Assembly (NCBI GenBank): GCA_964577355.1
Contig: CAZNYV010000003.1
Location: 1 to 51,115 of the forward strand
Length of the DNA stretch: 51,115 nt
Direction: 5' to 3'
Source: an uncultured Campylobacteraceae bacterium
Lineage (GTDB): Bacteria; Campylobacterota; Campylobacteria; Campylobacterales; UBA6016
Part shown: positions 9,422-19,214 of the stretch, in pieces
Layout of the letters: each line of letters opens with the position of its first letter
How positions within the stretch are numbered: the stretch's first letter is position 1
Notes under the pieces: generated by a model
What the model was told of the DNA's origin: nothing
Seen by the model: the letters and a program-made list of their open reading frames with translations, nothing else
Database searches by the model: none
Position numbers and translations under genes: made by a program

Positions 9422-12139
9422 TTATTGCTTCATTGAAAGTTTTATCTCAACTCTCGAATTCTTTATACCCTCTTTGCTACTAGCTCCTGTTGGTTTTGTA
9501 TTTGCAATAGAGATTCTTGAGAGCTCAACTCCACTAGCTACAAGGGTGCTTCTGACTGCCTCCGCTCTTGATTTGGCAAGTGCCAATAGGTTTTGCTCAC
9601 TTATTTCGATGTGGGTCATGATTAGGTTTTTCATTTCGTCAGATGGAACTGATTTTTCCATCCCTATGGCGTTTGTGGCTTTGGCAAAAGTTTCGGCTTT
9701 GTACGCTTTTTGTAGGTATTTTTCATATTCAGCTGGTTCTATTTGCACATCCTGCCACTTGTCCAATGGCTTTTTTGTATCTTTTAGTTTTTGAATGGCT
9801 AGTTTTCTTTTGAATTCTCGCTCTATCAGTGCCGCAGTGTCGTTTTCTCCATCTACAAAACTTTCAATTTCGACACTTAGTTTTGTTTTTTGTTTTAGTG
9901 CCTCTGCTATTTTGGTTATTTTGTCTTTTTGTATTGCTGTCAATATGCTTTGTCCGTAGTCAAATTCGATAGCTCCAATATCATCTCCGCCGAACATTGA
10001 GCCGATAAACTTGAATGGAGAAGCGATAATTTTGCCGATTAACTGTGATACGAATTTCCAAATCACCTTTCCACTTCTGACTTGAGGGTCGTCCGTCTTG
10101 CCTTCGACTGGTAACTCAATATGTATATTGTCGTTCGAATCCTTTAAAATGGCAATAGCTAGATTGTATGGAAGGTGTACTGCATCTGGGCTCTCCACTT
10201 CGCGCCCTAGGTTGAACCCAAAAAGAGAAATTTTGTTGTTGAGAGTCAAGTCTTTGCCGATGATATTGTAGTCTAGTTCCAGACCGAGAGAACCGCTATC
10301 AATTTCGTGACCAATATACTTGCTCGAGTATGTTCCAAAAGATGGCATTGATATATTCTTGATATCGCTTTTGAGGTTTAGATAGAAATTCTTTTGGTTT
10401 GGTACAAGAATCCCTTTGATGTTGATTTCCCCTTGATTGTTGAATCTACCAATTAGCTCGATTTTGCTTTGTTTGTTTTTATTCAAACGAAGTGAACTAA
10501 CTCGTCCAGATAGTCGCGTTAGATTTGCTTTGAATTTTGGTTCCACATGCTCATCAAGGAAGCTAACGGCTCCGTTTTGAATAACTATCGCCCCGATTCC
10601 AACTCCGAATGGTTTTTGCGATGCTGAGCTGTTTTTGTCATCTGTTTTTGCGGACGCGTTGTCTTCTAGTAGAAGGGATATGTTGCTTTGTGATTGTTTG
10701 TTTATGAGGATGTCGCCTCTTGGTCCATCTAGGTTGATAGTGGCTATTTTTACCCTATCTTTTATGGTGTCAAAGTCAATACCATTGACATTTAGATTGT
10801 CAAATGAGAGTGCTTGTTTTTGTGTTTTTTTGTCAAGCACAACCAATTTCTCTAGCATTGCATTGCCATTATATTTGAGGTTGCTTTTGTTGTTTTCAAA
10901 CGAGCTGTCAAGCTGCCCTTTTGTATAAAAGTAGCCATTTGCTATATTTACTCTGGGCGGCAAAACTCCGAGTGCTCTGATTGGTAAAATAGATATTTTT
11001 TTTGCGTCAATGTCTAGTTTGAGTGACTTTTTGAATATGTCAGCTTCCCCAAGTACCGCAAGCGATGAGTCGTTTGTTAGATTGATTTTGGCATCGATAC
11101 CTGTGGCTAGCTTTTGTTCGCGGTTTGATATATTTGATAGCTTGATTGCGCTGTTGCTGATTGATATGCTGAGTATTTCTGCTTTGCTACTATCGCTTAG
11201 GTGTAGGTCTGAATTTTTGAGAGTTATATCTTTGATGTGTAGCAAGATATTTTTTATGTCATTTAGATTGTTTGCTGATAGAGAGTTTATCGACAGAACT
11301 GTTTTTGCACTATTGATGCTTTTTGCACCAGATACACAAGAGAGGTTGTGTATGCCGAGCTCCCCACTTGAAATTAATTTTGTTGTCTTGTCGATGGTAA
11401 GGTTGCTATGCAAATCACAAAAAAACTCACCACTCAAATGGTTTACCTCTTTTGGAATGAACCTCGCAAACTTTTGAAGCTCTAATTTGGAGAGTTTTAA
11501 ATTGGTGATAAATTCACTGTTTTTTCGAAAAGGCTTCGATTTTGAAAGTATGGCAAGCTTCGCACCAAACGCCTCCAGCGATAGATTGGCATCGAGAGAA
11601 GTATCTGTTTTTGACTCTTGATTTGATATGTTCATAGCCGAGAGGTTGATATTTTTGATGTTTTCATCGGTGTTTGTGGAGTTGTCTTTTATGTGGACAC
11701 AGCCATCGTTGATGATGAGAGTTTTGATGTCAAAATAGCTTTTGCCACTCTCTTTTGTGGGCGTGTTGTTTTTTGGAATGTATTTATCAAAGTTTAGCTT
11801 GCCATCGGCGTATCGTTCGATATTAATATATGGCGAATCAATCTGTATACTGTTGACGACTGGCTGGAGTTTGATGATAGAGGCAAGCGATATGTTGATT
11901 GAGAGTTTTTTGTTTGATAGTAATAACTCGTTTGAATTGGCATCTTTGACGACAAGATTGTCTATTCCAGCGGTCATTGTTGTTGGGCTTAGGTGTAGTT
12001 TATCAAATGACACCGAGAGGGCGAACTTCTCTTTTGCTACCTCTTTTAGCTTGCCTTCGATGAGCAAAGGGAGTGCAAATTCAGCCAAAAGCAGTAGCGC
12101 GAAAAGTGGTAAAAATATAAATAGCAGTTTTTTTCTCAT
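9422..12139 (-). CDS. DUF748/AsmA-like large envelope protein
   Basis: About 905 aa. It has a single N-terminal TM (MRKKLLFIFLPLFALLLLA), a long beta-rich body and an OmpA-like C-terminal tail. The alternative start at 12160 abuts the truA stop. Confidence 0.6.
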   Translation of the reverse strand: MRKKLLFIFLPLFALLLLAEFALPLLIEGKLKEVAKEKFALSVSFDKLHLSPTTMTAGIDNLVVKDANSNELLLSNKKLSINISLASIIKLQPVVNSIQIDSPYINIERYADGKLNFDKYIPKNNTPTKESGKSYFDIKTLIINDGCVHIKDNSTNTDENIKNINLSAMNISNQESKTDTSLDANLSLEAFGAKLAILSKSKPFRKNSEFITNLKLSKLELQKFARFIPKEVNHLSGEFFCDLHSNLTIDKTTKLISSGELGIHNLSCVSGAKSINSAKTVLSINSLSANNLNDIKNILLHIKDITLKNSDLHLSDSSKAEILSISISNSAIKLSNISNREQKLATGIDAKINLTNDSSLAVLGEADIFKKSLKLDIDAKKISILPIRALGVLPPRVNIANGYFYTKGQLDSSFENNKSNLKYNGNAMLEKLVVLDKKTQKQALSFDNLNVNGIDFDTIKDRVKIATINLDGPRGDILINKQSQSNISLLLEDNASAKTDDKNSSASQKPFGVGIGAIVIQNGAVSFLDEHVEPKFKANLTRLSGRVSSLRLNKNKQSKIELIGRFNNQGEINIKGILVPNQKNFYLNLKSDIKNISMPSFGTYSSKYIGHEIDSGSLGLELDYNIIGKDLTLNNKISLFGFNLGREVESPDAVHLPYNLAIAILKDSNDNIHIELPVEGKTDDPQVRSGKVIWKFVSQLIGKIIASPFKFIGSMFGGDDIGAIEFDYGQSILTAIQKDKITKIAEALKQKTKLSVEIESFVDGENDTAALIEREFKRKLAIQKLKDTKKPLDKWQDVQIEPAEYEKYLQKAYKAETFAKATNAIGMEKSVPSDEMKNLIMTHIEISEQNLLALAKSRAEAVRSTLVASGVELSRISIANTKPTGASSKEGIKNSRVEIKLSMKQ

Positions 12140-12160
12140 GTTATATCCCAATTTCAACAT

Positions 12161-12889
12161 CTAATAAACAACTCTTGTGAGGTATAGCCCGTTTGGCGGT
12201 GCGATTTTGGTCGAGTGTTTTCGTATACAACCAAGCTGCTCTTCCAGCTGCGATACGCTTAGTTTGCCAGTGGCTATTTCAAGCAAAAATGATACTAGCA
12301 TTCTGATTTGAGAACGCAAAAAGCCGTTGGATTCAAACACAAAAACCAGCAAGTCGCCTTTTGTGTAGTACTTCGCCCCAAGCTCTCTTGTAGTCTGCTT
12401 GTCATTACCACCAGATTTTTTGAAAAACGAGAAGTCGTGGGTACCATTTAGCTTGGCTATAGACAGGTCTAGTTGTTCAAAATCTATATCTTTGGCAAAC
12501 ATGACAAATCTATTTGCAAATGGGTTTGGCATGGAGAGGGAGACAACATATCTATAGGCTCGTTTTTTGACATCAAATCTAGGATGAAAATCATCTCCTA
12601 CTATCTCGCAGCTCTTTATTTTGATACTGGGATGGAGTTTTCTATCTAGCTCTTTTTTGAGTTTTTCGCTGTCATCCCAAAAAGCAGGTAGTTTAAAAGC
12701 TACACACTGTCTTGTGGCATGAACTCCAGCGTCTGTTCTGCCAGCGCCAATCAATGGCGTAAAAATGCCAGAGTTTCTCAGGCTCTCTTCAAAAACCTCA
12801 GTTACGGTGGCTATGTTTTTGTTATCTTTCTGTCTAGCAAACCCACTAAAACTAGAGCCGTCATAGCTTATTACAAGTTTTGCTTTCAT
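12161..12889 (-). CDS. truA: tRNA pseudouridine(38-40) synthase
   Basis: 242 aa with the catalytic motif GAGRTDAGVHA. Confidence 0.92.
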   Translation of the reverse strand: MKAKLVISYDGSSFSGFARQKDNKNIATVTEVFEESLRNSGIFTPLIGAGRTDAGVHATRQCVAFKLPAFWDDSEKLKKELDRKLHPSIKIKSCEIVGDDFHPRFDVKKRAYRYVVSLSMPNPFANRFVMFAKDIDFEQLDLSIAKLNGTHDFSFFKKSGGNDKQTTRELGAKYYTKGDLLVFVFESNGFLRSQIRMLVSFLLEIATGKLSVSQLEEQLGCIRKHSTKIAPPNGLYLTRVVY

Positions 12890-12895
12890 CTGTTT

Positions 12896-13978
12896 TTAAT
12901 ATTTTGCAAAAACTGATCTGCGATATAGAAAATAGACGAAGAACGACCACGCTGCGAGGATAACTGGTATTGCATATATGGTTATTTTTGGAGAAATAAT
13001 CAAAATCAATAAGTAGTATGCAGTTATAGACAGGACAGAATAGAGCATGGTTTTGTTCTTGTCTCTTCTGGATATACCAATACCAAACACAAAAGCAAGA
13101 GCTATATTTAGTAGCGGGGATAAGCCTGTCAAAATCGTATCAGTGAAATCTTTTGCCCTTTTTTTGTCACTCTTTCCGACAAGCCAGTAGTCCACAAAAA
13201 ATAGACTGTCGCCTTTTACATCCTTTATCTCTTCTCGCAAGGATAGCGACTCAAATTGGAGTTTTTTGATTTGAGTTTGTGTTAGATTTTCGTCATATAG
13301 AAGTGCTGAGCCATTTTTTAGAACCAGCACCGGTAGACCGTTGTCTATTTGTACTTGAGCTGTTTTGGAGTAAATTATTTTGCTGCCAGAGTTTTTACCT
13401 TTGTTGTTACTTTCGTCAGAGTCGCCAAGTAGACTTTTGAACTCTCTTGAAAAAAGCACAACATCTGTAAAGCCTAGTTTTTTGTCTTCACCAAGAGCAA
13501 AAACGAACCACTCGCCAAATTTTTGACCGACTGAGTTTGGTTCAAGATTTAGCTTGGAGGTAGCCTTTTTTTCATCTACAAATGCTTTTGCTGTAGAGTT
13601 TGACATCGGTATCATCGCGATACCAAGAAATAGCAGAAATAGTGAAAAAACGAAAGCAAGTGCAATAAATGGTCGCATTACAAGTTTTTTCGTAGCACCA
13701 AGCGCCATCATTGCGGTGATTTCACTGTCAAAAGATAGTTTGGAGAGAGCTAGTGCACTGGCAATAAAAAACGATATAGGTGTAGAGTAGAAAAATAGTT
13801 GTGGCACACCGTATAAATAGAGCTTCAAAAAGTCCAAAGAACCGAGTTTGACTATTGCTGTTATATCTGCTAGCTTGATGATAGCAACTATAGAGCTGAT
13901 TGTAAAAAGAGTAAAAAATAGCGGGAAGAATGAGCCAGCAAATGTTCTGATTAGGTACCAGTCTAGTTTAGAACGCAT
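12896..13978 (-). CDS. LptF/LptG (YjgP/YjgQ) family LPS export permease
   Basis: 360 aa. The N-terminus LDWYLIRTFAGSFFPLFFTLF, the six-TM layout and the central periplasmic domain fit this family. Confidence 0.8.
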   Translation of the reverse strand: MRSKLDWYLIRTFAGSFFPLFFTLFTISSIVAIIKLADITAIVKLGSLDFLKLYLYGVPQLFFYSTPISFFIASALALSKLSFDSEITAMMALGATKKLVMRPFIALAFVFSLFLLFLGIAMIPMSNSTAKAFVDEKKATSKLNLEPNSVGQKFGEWFVFALGEDKKLGFTDVVLFSREFKSLLGDSDESNNKGKNSGSKIIYSKTAQVQIDNGLPVLVLKNGSALLYDENLTQTQIKKLQFESLSLREEIKDVKGDSLFFVDYWLVGKSDKKRAKDFTDTILTGLSPLLNIALAFVFGIGISRRDKNKTMLYSVLSITAYYLLILIISPKITIYAIPVILAAWSFFVYFLYRRSVFAKY

Positions 13979-14750
13979 AGAGTACTTTCATGTATAAATC
14001 AAAACTATGCCCCAAAAGATAGACTACAAAAGCTCCTGAAAATAAGAATGGCACAAATGGCACCTGCTCATCGTCCTTGTTCCTGCGAAGTAAAAGCAGA
14101 AAAATAAGCGCAAAAAGTGCCGCAAAAAAAAGAGCCATCATTGCGAATTTTAGACCAAGAAGGGCTCCTATAGTACCAACAATCAAAATGTCGGCTTCAC
14201 CAAGAGCCTCTTTTTTCATGAAGTACTCTACTGTAAATTTCAAAAACAACAAAAAACCAGACATTATAAACGCATCCTGCACTCTTCCTAACAACAAGAA
14301 AGGTGTGATTGGTGTCTCAAAAAAAGAGTTACTACCAAATAGTGCTGAGCTTGCTGCCATGCAAAAAGCCAGAAGGTTGAGTGAATCCGGAGCTGTTTTT
14401 GTGCGTAAATCAATAGCTGACATAACCAGCAAGAACAAGAAGGTAAAGGAGACAAAAATAAAATGAAAGCCAATGCCAGTTCTTAGATATACACTGACAA
14501 AGATGATACCGCCCAAAAGCTCCATAATCGGATAGAACAGGGATATTTTTGTGCCACAAAATGCACATTTCCCTTTTAGTAAGATGTATGAAAGTAGCGG
14601 GATATTATGCCAAAGTTTGAGCGGGTTGCCACAAGACTCGCAATGTGAACTAGGAGAGACGACGCTCTCATCTGCCACCATCCGTGTTGCCATAACGCCA
14701 GCAAATGAGCCAAAAGCCAAGCCAAATAAAAAAACTAATACAGAAATCAT
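13968..14750 (-). CDS. A24-family prepilin (type IV leader) peptidase
   Basis: 260 aa. It has the Cys-rich N-terminal box CESCGNPLKLWHNIPLLSYILLKGKCAFCG and a polytopic membrane body containing two Asp motifs. Confidence 0.85.
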   Translation of the reverse strand: MISVLVFLFGLAFGSFAGVMATRMVADESVVSPSSHCESCGNPLKLWHNIPLLSYILLKGKCAFCGTKISLFYPIMELLGGIIFVSVYLRTGIGFHFIFVSFTFLFLLVMSAIDLRTKTAPDSLNLLAFCMAASSALFGSNSFFETPITPFLLLGRVQDAFIMSGFLLFLKFTVEYFMKKEALGEADILIVGTIGALLGLKFAMMALFFAALFALIFLLLLRRNKDDEQVPFVPFLFSGAFVVYLLGHSFDLYMKVLYAF

Positions 14751-15439
14751 ACCCCGCCGTACCTCCTGTCTCGTTTTTTGAACTCCTCAACCATTCGTGC
14801 TAACTCGCTATCGCAAAAGTCGGGCCAGAGTGTGTCGCTAAAAAATAGCTCAGCGTAAGCCGCTTGCCACAAAAGGTAGTTTGACAGCCTCTTCTCTCCG
14901 CCAGTCCTAACCAACATATCGACCATAGGGATGCCAAGGATAGAGCTGTCAAGATAATTTTCGATGTTTGACTCTGTGATATTTTGATTGGCACTTATTA
15001 CTCTTGAGACAGCTCTTGTGATTTCATCTTTTGAGCCATAATTTATAGCTAGAGTTTGAGTTAGGGAAGTATTGTTTTTTGTGACATTTTGTAGCTTTTC
15101 TATAGCTATATTTAGTTTGTTTGAGAACCTGCTCATATCTCCGATTGCTTCAAAGCGAACATTGTTGTGCATATATGTATCAAGCTCTTTTGTCATATAG
15201 CTCTCTAGAAGCTTCATCAAAAACTCTACTTCAGTCTTTGGTCTATTCCAATTTTCTGTGCTAAATGCGTAGAGTGTTAGATAGTTAATGCCATCTGTGT
15301 GCGAACAAAATTCAGTAATTCGTCTGACTACATTGGCCCCTTCTTTGTGACCTTCAGTTCGAATTTTGCCTTTGAATTTTGCCCACCTACCGTTGCCATC
15401 CATGATAATTGCTATATGTTTTGGAGGTAATTTTTTCAT
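14747..15439 (-). CDS. uppS: undecaprenyl-diphosphate synthase
   Basis: 230 aa with HIAIIMDGNGRWA, YAFSTENWNRP and RTGGEKRLSNYLLWQ. Confidence 0.95.
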   Translation of the reverse strand: MKKLPPKHIAIIMDGNGRWAKFKGKIRTEGHKEGANVVRRITEFCSHTDGINYLTLYAFSTENWNRPKTEVEFLMKLLESYMTKELDTYMHNNVRFEAIGDMSRFSNKLNIAIEKLQNVTKNNTSLTQTLAINYGSKDEITRAVSRVISANQNITESNIENYLDSSILGIPMVDMLVRTGGEKRLSNYLLWQAAYAELFFSDTLWPDFCDSELARMVEEFKKRDRRYGGV

Positions 15440-15441
15440 TA

Positions 15442-16062
15442 TTAGAGTTTACAACCGTTTTGATAAATGTTATAACATTTGTGAGAGGCAAAATATTTCT
15501 CAAAAACTAAGACGGTCAGTCCCCCGATAAGTCCACCTATAAGAACATCTGAGAAGTAGTGTGCTGTGATAATGATTCTGCTTGATGCTATCATAAACGC
15601 TGCCAAAAGTAACCAGAGACGATATTTGGGGAACAAAAATGCTAGTGAAATTCCGAGTGAAAAGGCTGTTGCACTATGTCCAGATGGAAATGAATTCCAA
15701 ATATGCCCAGCTTTGAAAAAGTCAAATCCATAAATATTTTGCTCCAAAAAAAGCCTCGGTCGTGATCTGCCGACTATGAATTTTAGTATATCTGCAACGA
15801 TGCCGGATACGGCGATGCTTAGCCAGATGAAGATTGCTTGAGATTCTCGTAATCTATTTAGTTTGAATCTAAAATATATAAATAGCAAAAACGATGGTAC
15901 TAGTGAATATTTTGAGTCTCCTGCAAGCGTGACAAGTTCGGATATATCTCTAATTGGTTGTGGTATGGCAGCAAAAAACTGTGCTATGTCTCGATCCCAA
16001 AAAAAGAAGCTAATAGCCGCGAGTGATACGATGATTAGAGAGTAGATGATAGCTCTTTTCAC
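15442..16062 (-). CDS. PAP2-family lipid phosphatase (LpxE/PgpB-like)
   Basis: 206 aa. All three PAP2 motifs are present: KFIVGRSRP, PSGHS, SRIIITAHYFSD. Confidence 0.85.
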   Translation of the reverse strand: MKRAIIYSLIIVSLAAISFFFWDRDIAQFFAAIPQPIRDISELVTLAGDSKYSLVPSFLLFIYFRFKLNRLRESQAIFIWLSIAVSGIVADILKFIVGRSRPRLFLEQNIYGFDFFKAGHIWNSFPSGHSATAFSLGISLAFLFPKYRLWLLLAAFMIASSRIIITAHYFSDVLIGGLIGGLTVLVFEKYFASHKCYNIYQNGCKL

Positions 16063-17483
16063 TGTTTCAATCCTTGGAAATTTTTACACAATACAAATTC
16101 AAATCCTTCCACAAGACCACCATTAAGCCTTGCTTCGTGTGTGCCTAGAATAGTTTGTTCTGCGCATATACATTTGTTCTCAAGACTATTTTTTGAACTT
16201 TTTGCGATTACAAAAAGATAGTCCCTGCCTATTGGGTTTTGATTGTACCAAATGTCAAATTGGTCTTGTCTGTTGTCGGCTACAAAAACTGTTTCATCAG
16301 TGTAAAAAGATACTCTGCTTCCCTCTGACCAGTTGAGAACCGCGATGTCTGCTGAGCTTGGCTTGAGTCTCTTAGCCTCCATGGAAGCATCTTTCCAGCC
16401 GTAAATATCCCTAAATGGACTCTTTAAATCAGGAAAGGTGCCAAATTTGAAAAATAGCTCGCCATATACAAGCATCGTGATGACAAACGAGAAAAGCACG
16501 GAGAGTGTGACGGTTTTATGATGTCCAGCTTTGTACAAAATGGCGATACCGACTGGTATAAATATTACAAAAAAAGGACTAATCCAGTGTGGCAAAGCTG
16601 GTTTTAAAAGCCCCGTAAAAGAGAAAAACAGCAAGATTGTGAGCCCGAGCCAAAAAAGGAGTTTTTTTGAACCATTTGTTTTTGTGTAGAGTTTTGCCAG
16701 CCCAAAAAAAGCTATCGCAAAAAGTGGTGGAGAGTATGCGCCAAACTGAGTCAAAAGATTTTTGCCAAGTGTGAGGATGTTTAGTGTGCTGCTGCCTGCG
16801 ACATGTGAGCCTTGATAAGCAAATGATGCAAAGTGATTATCTATATTCCATATTGCGACAGGTGATACAAGCACCAAGGCTATAGATATGGAAACAATGG
16901 CTCGTTTGCAAAATAAAACCGATAGCGTCTTTGATAGAGACATGTAAATCAAAATTCCGACCACAAAGATGATGGCGGTGTATTTCGCTAGACCGCAAAC
17001 TCCAAGCACGATACCAAAAATCGCATATGAGGCTACGGTCTGGTTTTGTAGAAGCTTGGAGAAAGAGAAAAACAGCAATAAGAGCCCAAATACCAAAATA
17101 GTATCTGGCATTAACATCAAAAAAATAGCTCCAAATACAAAAGAGGAGTTAAGTGCAGTCGCGCCCCAAAATGCTGCTTTTTTATCGTTTGTTAGCTCGA
17201 TGATTAGTTGATATGCAAGATATGTTGTGCCGCCACCAAGTAAAATTGCTGGAAGCCTACCTGTGAATTCATTTGCTCCAAACAAAGAGGATAATGGGAA
17301 TTGGAGCCAACCAACAAGAGGAGGGTGATCAAAATAGCTAAGAGACAGATGCTTTGCATAGAGCAAGTAGTGAGCTTCATCAACCCCAAATCCAAATGTC
17401 GGGGCGATAATTAGTCTAATAAGTGTAAAAAAAAGAATTGGCGTCCAAACCGAATAGAGATTTTGACGCACAATACTTAGCAT
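16059..17483 (-). CDS. GT39/GT83 (ArnT/PMT-type) polyprenyl-phosphate-sugar dependent glycosyltransferase
   Basis: 474 aa. It has about 10 TM segments in the N-terminal part (..FGVDEAHYLLYAKHLSLSYFDHPPLVGW..) and a soluble C-terminal domain. It overlaps the PAP2 gene by 4 nt. Confidence 0.75.
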   Translation of the reverse strand: MLSIVRQNLYSVWTPILFFTLIRLIIAPTFGFGVDEAHYLLYAKHLSLSYFDHPPLVGWLQFPLSSLFGANEFTGRLPAILLGGGTTYLAYQLIIELTNDKKAAFWGATALNSSFVFGAIFLMLMPDTILVFGLLLLFFSFSKLLQNQTVASYAIFGIVLGVCGLAKYTAIIFVVGILIYMSLSKTLSVLFCKRAIVSISIALVLVSPVAIWNIDNHFASFAYQGSHVAGSSTLNILTLGKNLLTQFGAYSPPLFAIAFFGLAKLYTKTNGSKKLLFWLGLTILLFFSFTGLLKPALPHWISPFFVIFIPVGIAILYKAGHHKTVTLSVLFSFVITMLVYGELFFKFGTFPDLKSPFRDIYGWKDASMEAKRLKPSSADIAVLNWSEGSRVSFYTDETVFVADNRQDQFDIWYNQNPIGRDYLFVIAKSSKNSLENKCICAEQTILGTHEARLNGGLVEGFEFVLCKNFQGLKQ

Positions 17484-17493
17484 GACAAGCTAG

Positions 17494-18612
17494 TTATAGA
17501 AGTTTTGCAAATTGCTCGAACAGATATTTGCTCTCGTGCGGACCTGGGCTTGATTCTGGGTGAAACTGCACAGAAAAGATAGGCATATCCTTGTACTGAA
17601 TACCCTCAATAGTATCATCGAACAGATTTAGGTGGGTTACGGTTGCAATATCTAGTATGGAATCAGGCACATTGTAGTTGTGATTTTGAGCTGTTATTTC
17701 TACATTACCTGTTATTAGGTTTTTGACTGGATGATTTCCGCCATGATGACCGAATTTTAGCTTGTAAGTCTCATACCCAAATGCTAGTGATAGCAGTTGA
17801 TTTCCTAGACAAATTCCAAATATTGGCATACCAGATTTGATTAGTTTTTGAATGTTTGCAACTTCATTCTTTAGAACGAGTGGGTCACCAGGTCCGTTTG
17901 ATAAGAACACTCCATTTATTTCGCCGTTTTTGTATTTTGCTACCAAATCATCGCCATTGAAGCTATGAGGTACCACTTCTACGCCAAGACCAACATGGGT
18001 TAGTTCGTTCAAGATGTTTAGTTTTGCGCCAAAATCAACAGCGACTATATTTTTAGATGGTGCCGCAGGTTTGTCATAGCTGAAATTCATCTCATTCCAT
18101 CTGCTTTGGGAGTGCTTATAACTTTCTTTTGAGCTAACCTCTACGATATAGTTGATTTCGGATATTTTTGGAGAGTTGTCTAATATTCTTTTGAGTTCAT
18201 TTTTGTCAAAAATTTCTGTAGAAGCGATGGCTGCCATTGCGCCTTGGTCTCTCATTGTTTTTGTTAGAAGCCTAGTGTTTATATCACAGATTCCGATAAT
18301 ATTGTGCTTTTTGAGGTATTCATCTAGTGCGATTTGACCCCTGAAGTTTGAGTACTCTTTGATAAAGTGTCTGACTATGATAGCTTTTGCATATACGCCA
18401 CGACTTTCATCATCATCATCATTAGTGCCTACATTTCCGATCTCCGGCATCGTAAAAGTGATGAATTGTCCAGCATAGCTTGGGTCCGAAATAATCTCTT
18501 GATAGCCGGTAAGAGATGTGTTAAATACTATCTCGCCGACAGCTGTACCGCTCGCGCCAAATGAGCTGGCTTCGAAATACATTCCATTTTCAAGATAAAG
18601 CGCGCATCTCAC
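17494..18612 (-). CDS. carA: carbamoyl-phosphate synthase small (glutaminase) subunit
   Basis: 372 aa with PIFGICLGNQLL (catalytic Cys) and FSVQFHPE. Confidence 0.95.
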   Translation of the reverse strand: MRCALYLENGMYFEASSFGASGTAVGEIVFNTSLTGYQEIISDPSYAGQFITFTMPEIGNVGTNDDDDESRGVYAKAIIVRHFIKEYSNFRGQIALDEYLKKHNIIGICDINTRLLTKTMRDQGAMAAIASTEIFDKNELKRILDNSPKISEINYIVEVSSKESYKHSQSRWNEMNFSYDKPAAPSKNIVAVDFGAKLNILNELTHVGLGVEVVPHSFNGDDLVAKYKNGEINGVFLSNGPGDPLVLKNEVANIQKLIKSGMPIFGICLGNQLLSLAFGYETYKLKFGHHGGNHPVKNLITGNVEITAQNHNYNVPDSILDIATVTHLNLFDDTIEGIQYKDMPIFSVQFHPESSPGPHESKYLFEQFAKLL

Positions 18613-19160
18613 ATCATACCCCTGCGTTTTAGTTCTTCTTCGTATAGTTTTTGTGTTACAAGTTCGTATTCGTCACTACCTGGCACTATCGGTCTTTTGT
18701 AGTGTGTTACTTTTTCTTCTACAGCTATTTCAACATCTTTTTGTATCTTGATAAAGTCCATAATTGCTTTGACAATGACTGTTTTTATTCTTGTTTCTAT
18801 GACTTCAAAATCCATCAAATCATCATTCCAAAAGATGTCCATCATTTTGTGAGCCAGATTGTTGAATCTCTCTTCTGTGTCCAAAATCAAGCCTTCTTCA
18901 GCGGCAATTTTGCGTTTTATCATCCAGAAAAGCTGTTTTCTGTCAACAGAGTGGAACTCTATATCTTCTTCGTTATTGTCGACGATTTTTCTTACTCTCT
19001 CATCAACATGCGCTTCTAAATCAATATCTTCATCTAGGATATTCAGGCAGACTTCTGCGACAGAATCTAGCCCCTTTGTCATCTTTACGATACCACTGTT
19101 TAGCAGGTCAATGCTGATTTTATTTGCAATATATGGAGCGTGTGCGGACCTAATTCTCAT
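18609..19160 (-). CDS. DUF507-family protein
   Basis: 183 aa, acidic. The N-terminus RSAHAPYIANKISIDLLNSGIV resembles DUF507. It overlaps carA by 4 nt. Confidence 0.5.
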   Translation of the reverse strand: MRIRSAHAPYIANKISIDLLNSGIVKMTKGLDSVAEVCLNILDEDIDLEAHVDERVRKIVDNNEEDIEFHSVDRKQLFWMIKRKIAAEEGLILDTEERFNNLAHKMMDIFWNDDLMDFEVIETRIKTVIVKAIMDFIKIQKDVEIAVEEKVTHYKRPIVPGSDEYELVTQKLYEEELKRRGMM

Positions 19161-19214
19161 AGCCTCTAACCTTGCTTATTTTTTGTGAATCATACCCAAA
19201 GTTTGGTAAAAAGG

